Below, one piece after another: positions 41,976 through 50,973 of a stretch of 64,000 nt of DNA. Both the position numbers and the translations under genes were made by a program. How positions within the stretch are numbered: position 1 is the first letter of the stretch; each line of letters starts with the position of its first letter. Below the pieces are notes generated by a model. It did not search any database, was not told the origin of the DNA, and was given only the letters and a program-made list of their open reading frames with translations. Origin of the DNA: Candidatus Hydrothermarchaeum profundi (lineage in GTDB: Archaea; Hydrothermarchaeota; Hydrothermarchaeia; Hydrothermarchaeales; Hydrothermarchaeaceae); contig MTMF02000009.1 of the NCBI GenBank assembly GCA_002011125.2, positions 1,224,989-1,288,988 of the forward strand, read 5' to 3'.

Positions 41976-42104
41976 TTAGTTATTTTTAAGGGACTCCTTA
42001 AGCCTTGCTATTTCATAGGAATTCGGGTTTCTACCTCTGTGAGTTCGCCTGAATTCCTTCAAGGCCTCAAGCCACCTGTTATCTACTGGTATTTTATCTG
42101 CCAT
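41976..42104 (-). CDS. 42-aa small protein (below ORF-track cut-off)
   Basis: MADKIPVDNRWLEALKEFRRTHRGRNPNSYEIARLKESLKNN*, with GAGGT SD 9 nt before the ATG. Confidence 0.55.
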   Translation of the reverse strand: MADKIPVDNRWLEALKEFRRTHRGRNPNSYEIARLKESLKNN

Positions 42105-42213
42105 TCTTCTATTACCTCGCTAAAATTTTGGCTCTAGAAATCAATTTTTCAGTAGCTCTAGAAAGAGCAGGTATCTTTTGTTATCTTGAATTTTAATAGA
42201 GCCAGAAAAAGAG

Positions 42214-43308
42214 TTAATTGCTACTGTCAGCAAGAATATTTGAAAGCTTTTTAAGTGCCATATACTTTTCTTTTTTCTCAACTTTAGCATCTTCTATGGC
42301 ATTTCTCAATAAAGTTATTGAATCATCATAGACTTTTTTATCTACGGGGTAAGGGTAGCCGTCTTTTCCTCCAACGGTAAAACTATATTTTACAGGATCT
42401 TTCCAGCTGACTTCACTCCCATAAATAAGCTCAGAAATTAATGCTAGCGCTCTAATTGTTTTTGGGCCAAGGCCTCTTAGGGATATTAGTTCCTCGTAAT
42501 CCTTAGGCTGGATCTCATAAGCTCTTTCCAGTGCTTTTAAACTTTGCGGGGTAATGTCTGCCTCTAATATAGGATGATGCTTAGGCATTGAATACTCTGT
42601 GAGTGTAAGCTGTTTAGGGTCTAATAGCCTTGATAAATGCTGTGGACCATCCAATACGAGATCTAAGCTAGTATCTCTCGTTTCTCTACTTTTTCTGGAC
42701 GTTAGATCTAATGCGCATTCAGACACCTTATCGCAACAAATAGCGGAATGAGGTTCTTCAATAAAATTCTTGACCGCATCTTTACGCCAATGATATCGCC
42801 TAGCATACTCATCATTCATCCCTTGTTGTATGACTGCCCAATTCCCCTCAGCATTGAAGATGAAAGTATGGTGATAAAGTTGATATCCGTCCTGAACTAA
42901 CGAATTATCCACTTTCGCGGATATTCTACTAGCGTATTTTAACTCTTCAATATCCGATTCAGATAAAGACAATTTATCTCCAAGGAATTCCAGTTCCCTT
43001 GGAGTCTGTCTCGACATACGCCCTTTTCCACCAGCAACAGCTAGGCCATGTTCTTCGGGATCGATGGCGATCTTTAAAGCTCCGCATGTAGTCGTAGTCG
43101 TTCCAGATGAATGCCAGTCAAATCCAAGAACGCATGAAAAAGCTTGAAACCAGTAGGGATCGGATATCCTATTTAGAAATTCTTGAGCATCATATTCTGT
43201 TAGTAAACTATCAACTATTGATTTAGCCATTTTAACCATTCTATTAAAAAGCCATCGAGGAGTATGGCCTGTATGTAATGGAAGATTCGCTATGCCAACT
43301 CGACCCAT
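42214..43308 (-). CDS. DUF763 family protein
   Basis: LPLHTG, DPYWFQAF, DWHSSGTTT, AKVDN..QDGYQLYHH, QQGMN, ARRYHW, GGKDGYP; likely start ATG 43308. Confidence 0.9.
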   Translation of the reverse strand: MGRVGIANLPLHTGHTPRWLFNRMVKMAKSIVDSLLTEYDAQEFLNRISDPYWFQAFSCVLGFDWHSSGTTTTTCGALKIAIDPEEHGLAVAGGKGRMSRQTPRELEFLGDKLSLSESDIEELKYASRISAKVDNSLVQDGYQLYHHTFIFNAEGNWAVIQQGMNDEYARRYHWRKDAVKNFIEEPHSAICCDKVSECALDLTSRKSRETRDTSLDLVLDGPQHLSRLLDPKQLTLTEYSMPKHHPILEADITPQSLKALERAYEIQPKDYEELISLRGLGPKTIRALALISELIYGSEVSWKDPVKYSFTVGGKDGYPYPVDKKVYDDSITLLRNAIEDAKVEKKEKYMALKKLSNILADSSN

Positions 43309-43451
43309 ATTATAATTAAAGGTAAAATTAACTTTTATGGATTTCCGGAGCAACGTAAAAGTGGTTCATAACTCAAGTAACTGGATTTATAAGCTTTTGA
43401 AAATTATTAAATACTTACTATAACTTACCGCTACTCTGAGGCAAAGTTTCT

Positions 43452-44495
43452 ATGAGCGAGATAGTTGAAGCTATGATGAAACCAAGCACATATGATGAAA
43501 AGGTTAAAAACATTAGAATGATCCAGACTCATATCTCATGGGTATTCCTCACAGGAGAGTATGTTTATAAGATAAAAAAGCCTGTGAACTTTGAATTTTT
43601 GGATTTCACAACTTTAGAAAAAAGAAAATATTACTGCGAAGAAGAACTCCGTCTTAATAGACGCCTATGTAAGGAAATATACCTCGGGGTAGTACCCTTA
43701 AAAAAATCAGAAGCAGGGATTAAAATTAAGGGCGAAGGAGAGACTATTGAATATGCAGTAAAAATGAAACAACTCCCACAGGAAGCTATTATGTCCGAAC
43801 TTTTAAAAAAAGGGGAGGTTACTCAAGATGACGTTGAAGAAATTGCGAATATTTTAGCAAATTTTCATAAAGAAGCAGATACTGGGGAGGAGATAAATGA
43901 ATATGGGTCGATAGAGCAAATCAAGGCGAATTGGATACAGAATTTTGAACAAACAAGGAACATTAGAGGTAATATTGTTGATGCTCATGTGTTCGATTTT
44001 ATAGAAACTAATGTGTTACGCTTTATCGAGACAAATAATGATTTTTTTGAGTGGCGGGTAGAGAGTGGAAAAATCAGGGAATGTCATGGAGACCTCCATT
44101 CAGGAAACATATTCATAATAAAAAATAAAAAACCTAAAATATGTATTTTTGACGCCATAGAGTTTAATAAGGCCTTTTCATGCTCTGATGTAGCTTCAGA
44201 AGTAGCCTTTTTAGCAATGGATTTGGAATTTCATAGAAAATATGATCTTGCTCAGCAATTTGTTAACAAGTATGTCGAACTTACTGGAGATAAAAAGTTA
44301 GAGGACCTCCTTCCTTTCTACAAATGCTATAGAGCCTATGTAAGAGCTAAAGTTGCAAGCTTTAAATTATTCGATGTGGGTGTAAGCGATAGAGAAAAGA
44401 AGATCGCAAAAAATTTAACTAAAAAATATTTTAATCTCGCTTTTCAATACTCAAAAGAATTATATTCTCCAGGGTTTACTCCTTATTTTCTTTAA
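43452..44495 (+). CDS. Aminoglycoside-phosphotransferase/kinase-like protein (N-terminal half of Rv2004c-type proteins)
   Basis: QTHISWVFL, YKIKKPV, ELRLNRRL, ECHGDLHSGNI, FDAIEFN, DVASEVAFLAMDL, YRAYVRAKV. Confidence 0.88.
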   Translation: MSEIVEAMMKPSTYDEKVKNIRMIQTHISWVFLTGEYVYKIKKPVNFEFLDFTTLEKRKYYCEEELRLNRRLCKEIYLGVVPLKKSEAGIKIKGEGETIEYAVKMKQLPQEAIMSELLKKGEVTQDDVEEIANILANFHKEADTGEEINEYGSIEQIKANWIQNFEQTRNIRGNIVDAHVFDFIETNVLRFIETNNDFFEWRVESGKIRECHGDLHSGNIFIIKNKKPKICIFDAIEFNKAFSCSDVASEVAFLAMDLEFHRKYDLAQQFVNKYVELTGDKKLEDLLPFYKCYRAYVRAKVASFKLFDVGVSDREKKIAKNLTKKYFNLAFQYSKELYSPGFTPYFL

Positions 44496-44984
44496 ATATT
44501 CTAGGATTTCATCTACACAGGTGTTAAAAGGCTTTGTCGTGTCCACGGTTAGATGTTCCCGTCTAATAGGTTCAAATTGTTTTTTTATTTTTAGATAGAC
44601 ATCATAGTCTGCGTCTGAAAGTCCTCTCCCCTTTGAAATACGCCTTTTCATACGTTTTTTTATCACTTCCTCCGGCGCCGTACATTCTATTATTATAAAA
44701 CGATTTTTACACTCATCTGCAATTTTATATGCTTCATTCCTAAGCTTTCTTTTGTAAAATGTGCCATCTAAAATCACATTTCTTTTGCTTTTAAGAAGAT
44801 ATTTGGTTATCAAAAAAACCACTTTATATACTAACCGTTTCTCCTCCTGCGAGTAAGTTGGTTTTTTTATTATCTCTTTCCGAACTTCATCTGTCTGTAA
44901 TATAGTTGCGGAATATCTCCTTGTGATTCTTTTAGCTAATGTGCTTTTACCTGTGCCGGGCAATCCACATAGTAATATAAGCAT
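44460..44984 (-). CDS. AAA_33 P-loop kinase (C-terminal half of Rv2004c-type proteins)
   Basis: GLPGTGKST, DEVRK, VILDGTF, SDAD. Confidence 0.88.
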   Translation of the reverse strand: MLILLCGLPGTGKSTLAKRITRRYSATILQTDEVRKEIIKKPTYSQEEKRLVYKVVFLITKYLLKSKRNVILDGTFYKRKLRNEAYKIADECKNRFIIIECTAPEEVIKKRMKRRISKGRGLSDADYDVYLKIKKQFEPIRREHLTVDTTKPFNTCVDEILEYLKKIRSKPWRI

Positions 44985-45063
44985 CAGCTACACTTAATGC
45001 GCTCTTTCTATAATTAATTAATCTATTACAAAAACATATTAACTCTAAACTTTAGTCAATATC

Positions 45064-45954
45064 ATGCGAATAATCTTATGCATTGCTCATGATAGGGATG
45101 TTGACGGTTTAGGATGCCATGCTATAATGCACCGATTTTCAAATCAAAAAAATCTCAGAATAATTCATATTTTTACGGATTACGACAGGTTTTGTAAGGA
45201 TATCTCAGGGGTATCTGTTAATGGGGTTAATATAGTAATTGCGGATTTAGGATATAATAAAAGATTCAAACAATGTGAGAGTGTTCTTAAAAAATTAATT
45301 TCAAAAAATAGGGTTGTTTGGTATGACCATCATGATTGGAGTGAAGCAGATTTAAGTGGGATAACACTTATTTTAAAAAAAGGACTTTGCGCTTCTGAGA
45401 TACTGCAGCAAGAATACCTCCCAACAGATGAAGTTGCTGCAGAGATTGCTAATTTAGCTAGGGCTCATGATTTTAGAATGGAAAACAAACTCGCATGGAA
45501 GCTTTATGACGTAATTTCTTCTGGATATGATAAACTAAAACTTGTGAAATTATTAGCGAAGGGAGTTTATTGGAATAATGAGCTAGAGGAGGTCTATAAC
45601 TCTTATAGCGAATTGAAAGAAAAAGGTTTCAAATATTTGGAAAAACACTCAAAACTATATAACATCAAGGATTTTAGATGTATAATAGGCCTATCAGATA
45701 CAAAATTGAGTTCAACTTTGGCCACAGAACATCTACTTAAGAAAAACGTCGACTTAGTAATCTGTATATGGAAAAATGGAAAAATGAGTTTCAGGAGGCG
45801 CAATCAGAATATTAATTTAAGAAAAATAGCATCTATATTCGATGGAGGAGGGAGAGAAGAAGCTGCAGGAGGATTTTTCTACAAAAAAATTGATGAAACC
45901 AACTATCTAGAGATATTTGATGAAATAATCGAGATAATAAAGAAAAATATATGA
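45064..45954 (+). CDS. DHH/DHHA1 phosphoesterase
   Basis: HDRDVDG, IADLG, YDHH, SFRR, GGGREEAAGG. Confidence 0.88.
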   Translation: MRIILCIAHDRDVDGLGCHAIMHRFSNQKNLRIIHIFTDYDRFCKDISGVSVNGVNIVIADLGYNKRFKQCESVLKKLISKNRVVWYDHHDWSEADLSGITLILKKGLCASEILQQEYLPTDEVAAEIANLARAHDFRMENKLAWKLYDVISSGYDKLKLVKLLAKGVYWNNELEEVYNSYSELKEKGFKYLEKHSKLYNIKDFRCIIGLSDTKLSSTLATEHLLKKNVDLVICIWKNGKMSFRRRNQNINLRKIASIFDGGGREEAAGGFFYKKIDETNYLEIFDEIIEIIKKNI

Positions 45955-45958
45955 ATAA

Positions 45959-47221
45959 TCATTCGAGAATAATTTTTTTTCCATATAATTTTGATATCTC
46001 CTCTTCTAAAGCTTTCTTCATATTTGATATTTCGTTATTAAGTTCTTCTAAACTATTAGATTTTAAACTGATTAATTCTTTTAATTTGTTAATCTTTGTC
46101 TTTTTTTCATCTATTTGGGTTTCTAATTCTTTTAGCTCTTCAGTAACTCTTATTTTTGATATCCTCTCTTTTAAGGATGCCTCTCGATTTTCAGCTTCTA
46201 AAAATTCTTCTACTGCCTTCCGTAGTAGTACTTCTACATCCTTAAGTTTCTCTCTTTCTTTCCTATCTAGAACAAGAATCCTAGCGGCTGTAGCTTTTTT
46301 GCAACCAGCAATAAAATCCTTTAGATACGGAAATCCTTTAGGCTCTGAGAAAAATGCTTTATCAGGATGTCTAATGTACTGGTCTAGGATTTTAATATCA
46401 CCAGTAGCTTTTCCACTCTCGATGATCTTTCTATATTTTCTAAAAATTCTACTAAGAGGTCCTAAGATATTTAACACTCTGGTTTTTATCTCGTCTTTTT
46501 CATGTTGGATTTCTCTTAATTCTCTTTCAAATTGCTTAAATAACTGATATTCTTCACTTTTTTTAAGTTCTATTTTTTTCTTTTCTTTTTTCTTTATTAT
46601 CTCTGCTAACTTTTTAACATCTTCAGTAAAATATTCTATTTCGCTCTTAATTTTTGAAATTTCTTTGTATTTTTTTTCTAATTCTAAGATCTGTATCTCG
46701 ATTTTTTCAAAGTGAGTCCTTCTTTCTTTTTCCTCATCTAGTATCTCCTCCAGATTTTTTGATGAATCGATTATTCTATTCAGGCAAGTACCTAGTTTGG
46801 GAACCTGGTCAGCATATACCGCAGCTATGTATTTCCCATGACTTAGCTGAATCTTTTGAATCGTCTTCAGAGCCTTCATCAACCTGTTATGGAATTCTAT
46901 AAGCCCTTGAAAATCTTTACCTTCTACTTTTATCATAGATAGCCCTTCCATTATCCCGCTGACATATTTTGGTTTGGCTGTTAGGGCAGGTTTAAAGACC
47001 CTATTTTTAATATCTTCAGGGAACTCATGGTCTCTAATATCCTCAATAACTTTGAGAGCCCTATCTCTCTGCGCTATGATATCATATAATAGAGATTCAA
47101 CTTCATCTCCATTCCACTTATCTTTCTTTTCCTTAACCCAGTCCTCTGCCTCTCTAATATGCATTACAACCGGGCTTTCCGATTTTTGCGTATTTCCAAA
47201 AATTCGATCAAAAAAACCCAT
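45959..47221 (-). CDS. Coiled-coil hypothetical protein
   Basis: 420-aa E/K-rich heptad-rich ORF with N-terminal MGFFDRIFG. Confidence 0.8.
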   Translation of the reverse strand: MGFFDRIFGNTQKSESPVVMHIREAEDWVKEKKDKWNGDEVESLLYDIIAQRDRALKVIEDIRDHEFPEDIKNRVFKPALTAKPKYVSGIMEGLSMIKVEGKDFQGLIEFHNRLMKALKTIQKIQLSHGKYIAAVYADQVPKLGTCLNRIIDSSKNLEEILDEEKERRTHFEKIEIQILELEKKYKEISKIKSEIEYFTEDVKKLAEIIKKKEKKKIELKKSEEYQLFKQFERELREIQHEKDEIKTRVLNILGPLSRIFRKYRKIIESGKATGDIKILDQYIRHPDKAFFSEPKGFPYLKDFIAGCKKATAARILVLDRKEREKLKDVEVLLRKAVEEFLEAENREASLKERISKIRVTEELKELETQIDEKKTKINKLKELISLKSNSLEELNNEISNMKKALEEEISKLYGKKIILE

Positions 47222-47267
47222 GTTTAAATGATCTACCTAATTTTATAAATAAAAAGGTTCTGTAATG

Positions 47268-47867
47268 CTATTGCTGTTTGATATCTATGATCACAGTGTC
47301 ATTGAGTAACCGAGTTCCCAGTACGATGCTCCCCTCTTCTATAGGTATTAAAGAGTAATATATCGTATTACCTACTCTTCCGATGACCTCTAAGTTTTGA
47401 GAATTCTTTTTTATTTCCACATCCTCAATCGATCTTATACCAGGAACACGAATTACTACTTCCTTTTTACCCTTAATAATACGGGTTGAGACTTCTGCTT
47501 CCTTAAATTCAATTCCCTTTTCTTTTTCCATCATTTCTCTAATAAAAGAAGGAATCGGGGCATCTTTTATCAAATTCTCGAAGTCCTTCATTTCACCTGT
47601 TTTTATTATAGGCTTTCCATCTCGCATTTCAATAGAGAAGAAAAGTCCCTTTCCGAGAGTCTCTCCTTTTGCTATCTTTTCCGCTAACTCTTTTAATACT
47701 CCAGCATTATGCTCTAAAAGCTCTTTCATCATAAACTCCATCTGGCTTTTGAAATCTCCAAGATGCTTCTTACCTTTTAATTCAGTTAGGTCGGTTCCAC
47801 AGTTGGCGCAGAAATTTTGATAACTTAGAACTTTGGTTCCGCATGTAGGGCAGTAATTCAATTTCAT
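47268..47867 (-). CDS. Zinc-ribbon protein with Hsp20/alpha-crystallin-like C-terminus
   Basis: CPTCG..FCANCG; C-terminal VIRVPGI..EDVEI..LEVIG..beta-rich pattern. Confidence 0.7.
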   Translation of the reverse strand: MKLNYCPTCGTKVLSYQNFCANCGTDLTELKGKKHLGDFKSQMEFMMKELLEHNAGVLKELAEKIAKGETLGKGLFFSIEMRDGKPIIKTGEMKDFENLIKDAPIPSFIREMMEKEKGIEFKEAEVSTRIIKGKKEVVIRVPGIRSIEDVEIKKNSQNLEVIGRVGNTIYYSLIPIEEGSIVLGTRLLNDTVIIDIKQQ

Positions 47868-48056
47868 TGAAAGTAGAGGAAAAAATTAACAATGTTAAAG
47901 CTTTGGAACGTTAGCTATACCTATTGATTTACCCAATATAGAGTTGCTGGATTCTATCGTAGGGCCGTAGAATTAGCGTGTAAAATGATTTAAGGGTAGA
48001 TTAGTTCTAAAATGTCAAGAAAATATTTATACCATCCAAGAAGAAGGTATTTCAAA

Positions 48057-48707
48057 ATGAAACTCAACTTACTTATACCAATAGTAATTTTTTTATTAGT
48101 AGGGGGAATTGTTGAAGCCCTTTCTCTTATTAAAGCCGAGATAACTATATCTAATGAGGATGATGACTCCACCTGGGTTGCCGTTTATATAGATGATACT
48201 TACCGTGGAGGGAAATATATACCTCCAAAGTACGAGGCATATATGGGTATTTACTACTTTAATGCAGGAAATCACACCTTTGAGCTACGCTGGAAAGATC
48301 CTGATTTATGCGACATATCTAAGAAGAGCGAGAAAATTGAGATATCGGGTCCTGGATATCACCTATTGCCTTATGTAAAAAAGATACACTTAATAATTGA
48401 TTCGAATTCAAGAAAATGTGTAAAAGATGAAAAAAAAGAAACACACTTAGAAGTTTTCATAAAAAACATAGATGATGATAATTTATGGGTAGACGTAATG
48501 GTAGAAAGGCAAGTTAAAGTAAAATATGTTGAAAAAGGGGAGAGAAAATACTATGGCCATTTTACTGGCCTTACCCCGGGGGAAATACCTGTAACTATAA
48601 AATGGCTTGATCCAGATTTGGAGGGGTTTCAAGAAAAGTCTTATAAGGTGAGAGTTAAAGAAGGTGAAACCCAAACAGTAGAATTCCAAACAGAAAGAAA
48701 TCGATGA
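48057..48707 (+). CDS. Secreted protein with two tandem beta-rich repeats
   Basis: Signal peptide [21 protein letters not shown]; repeated NxDDDxxWV..KY..G..WxDPDL. Confidence 0.75.
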   Translation: MKLNLLIPIVIFLLVGGIVEALSLIKAEITISNEDDDSTWVAVYIDDTYRGGKYIPPKYEAYMGIYYFNAGNHTFELRWKDPDLCDISKKSEKIEISGPGYHLLPYVKKIHLIIDSNSRKCVKDEKKETHLEVFIKNIDDDNLWVDVMVERQVKVKYVEKGERKYYGHFTGLTPGEIPVTIKWLDPDLEGFQEKSYKVRVKEGETQTVEFQTERNR

Positions 48708-48723
48708 TGGTTATATAATTGAG

Positions 48724-50391
48724 GTGACTATACCGTTGAGAAGTGATTCATTAAAAAAAGGAGTTGAAAGGGCCCCTCATAGGAGCCTTTTAAAAGCCCT
48801 CGGAAATACTGATGAAGAAATAGAAAGACCGTTTGTAGGGGTCGTAAATTCTTGGAATGAATTTGTTCCAGGGCATATTCATCTTGATAAAATAGCCGAA
48901 GCAGTAAAAGCGGGTATTAGATTGGCTGGTGGGACTCCATTTGAGTTTAATACGATAGGTATATGCGATGGACTTGCTATGGGTCATGAGGGAATGAAAT
49001 ATTCACTTCCGAGTAGGGAGGTTATTGCGGATTCTATAGAACTAATGATCCAAGCTCATAGGATGGATGCTATGGTACTCATACCAACTTGCGATAAGAT
49101 CGTGCCAGGTCATCTCATGGCGCTTGCAAGGATAGATATCCCTTCAATTGTAGTAACAGGAGGGCCGATGTGCTATGGTTATGTAGGCGATGAGGGGGCA
49201 GACTTAATCTCAGTATTTGAGGGCATAGGGAAATTTAGGGAAGGGAAACTATCTGAGGAAGAACTTCAGGAACTTGAAAATTTTGCCTGCTGTGGCGCTG
49301 GATCCTGTGCAGGGCTTTTCACAGCTAATACTATGGCATGTATGACGGAGGCTCTTGGAATGTCTTTACCTGGATGTGCAACAACCCACGCTGTCGATGC
49401 TAAAAAAATGAGAATAGCAAAGAGATCAGGGATGAAAATAATGGATATTCTTGGGAGAAATATTTTACCTAGTCAGATCCTCACTCAGGAGGCGTTTGAA
49501 AATGCTATCCGTATAGATATGGCGATAGGAGGTTCGACCAACACCCTCCTACATCTACCCGCGATTGCTAATGAGTTGGGAATTAAATTAGAGTTAGGGA
49601 TCTTTGACAGGTTAAGCAGAGAGACGCCTCATTTAGTAAATCTAAGACCAGGTGGAAAACATTTCATGTTAGACTTTGATAGGGCTGGAGGGGTGCCTGC
49701 TGTTATGAATAGGATCAAAGATCTATTAAATCTGGATGTAATTACTGTAACAGGCAAATCATTGAAAGAGAATCTTGAGGACTTTAAAATCATAAATCCC
49801 AGTAAGAACAGGGAAGTGATAAAGACTATAAATGATCCGTATCACCGGGAGGGAGGGATAGCTGTTTTATTTGGCTCATTAGCTCCAATGGGCGCTGTTG
49901 TAAAACAAAGCGCCGTGAATGAGAAGATGTTAGTTCATAAAGGTCCAGCTAGAGTTTTTAATAGCGAGGAGGAGGCGAAAAACGCTATTTCTAATAAAGA
50001 AATAAAAGAGGGGGATGTTGTAGTTATAAGATATGAGGGCCCAAAAGGGGGCCCTGGAATGAGGGAGATGTTGGAGGTCACATCTACTATTGTTGGGATG
50101 GGACTCAGCGATTCTGTGGCTCTCATAACTGATGGACGATTTTCAGGGGGTACTAGAGGGCCGTGTATAGGCCATGTATCTCCTGAAGCTGCAGAGGGAG
50201 GCCCAATAAGTTTGGTGGAGAATGGGGATATAATAGAGATTGATATACCGAATAGGAGACTCAACTTGCTCGTCGGTGAAGATATTTTAGAAAATAGGCG
50301 AAGAAAGGAATTTAAACCTAAAATTAAAAAAGGATATCTGCGGAGGTATTCTAGGGAGGTAAGTTCGGCGGATAAGGGTGCTGTATTCTAA
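48724..50391 (+). CDS. ilvD: Dihydroxy-acid dehydratase
   Basis: [54 protein letters not shown]. Confidence 0.97.
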   Translation: MTIPLRSDSLKKGVERAPHRSLLKALGNTDEEIERPFVGVVNSWNEFVPGHIHLDKIAEAVKAGIRLAGGTPFEFNTIGICDGLAMGHEGMKYSLPSREVIADSIELMIQAHRMDAMVLIPTCDKIVPGHLMALARIDIPSIVVTGGPMCYGYVGDEGADLISVFEGIGKFREGKLSEEELQELENFACCGAGSCAGLFTANTMACMTEALGMSLPGCATTHAVDAKKMRIAKRSGMKIMDILGRNILPSQILTQEAFENAIRIDMAIGGSTNTLLHLPAIANELGIKLELGIFDRLSRETPHLVNLRPGGKHFMLDFDRAGGVPAVMNRIKDLLNLDVITVTGKSLKENLEDFKIINPSKNREVIKTINDPYHREGGIAVLFGSLAPMGAVVKQSAVNEKMLVHKGPARVFNSEEEAKNAISNKEIKEGDVVVIRYEGPKGGPGMREMLEVTSTIVGMGLSDSVALITDGRFSGGTRGPCIGHVSPEAAEGGPISLVENGDIIEIDIPNRRLNLLVGEDILENRRRKEFKPKIKKGYLRRYSREVSSADKGAVF

Positions 50392-50642
50392 TCTTCCCCT
50401 ATCTCGTACATTTCATTCCCATATAAGTCTACCATGTATCGTCTTTCTTCTTCAGAGGCCTTTCTTCTCCCTTCTTCTATTACTAAGATATCTCTATGTT
50501 TTGTGGTAATCTTCTCAGTAATCTTGTATTTATCTGCCGAAAACTTTTTTACCTCTCTCCCGCAGCTACGGCAAACAAGAATAGTCTTCTTACCACTATT
50601 CTTAGGTATCATAATACTTTTACAGGAAGGGCAAAATTCCAA
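50388..50642 (-). CDS. RpoM/TFS-like protein with N-terminal zinc ribbon only
   Basis: [20 protein letters not shown] matches the TFS/Rpb9 N-ribbon; no second ribbon or RSADE motif; TTG start after GAGGGG. Confidence 0.75.
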   Translation of the reverse strand: MEFCPSCKSIMIPKNSGKKTILVCRSCGREVKKFSADKYKITEKITTKHRDILVIEEGRRKASEEERRYMVDLYGNEMYEIGED

Positions 50643-50716
50643 AACACATCTCCCCTCATTTTTGTGAATTTGTCCAATAACTATAACATCTAAAAATAAA
50701 TTAGTTCTATTTTTTC

Positions 50717-50824
50717 TCAGTTCTTTTTTCTGAAAATCTTTTTATCAACCTCCCCTTCGTATCTTTTTAGAAATTCTTCAAATCTTCGGGGAAGGTTCTT
50801 TAATTGCCATTCTTGAAAGTCCAT
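50717..50824 (-). CDS. Possible 35-aa small protein (52 aa if it starts at TTG 50875)
   Basis: MDFQEWQLKNLPRRFEEFLKRYEGEVDKKIFRKKN*, downstream of TATA-like TTTTATATA (50890-50882). Confidence 0.35.
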   Translation of the reverse strand: MDFQEWQLKNLPRRFEEFLKRYEGEVDKKIFRKKN

Positions 50825-50973
50825 CTCTTTCAGCTTCGGGGAGTTTTTTCGGGGAGTTGTGTATAGTCTTGGCAAATCTGATATATAAAACAGTATTACC
50901 TTTAGAGGATAATAGTTTTAAAGGGATTAAAAACACTAATAAATAAAAAAATTCTTTTAAAATAAAAAATCTA

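Noticed and set aside
45951-46547. 198-aa hydrophobic-looking ORF
   Set aside because: Antisense to E/K-rich coiled-coil codons, which produces F/S/L-rich artefacts
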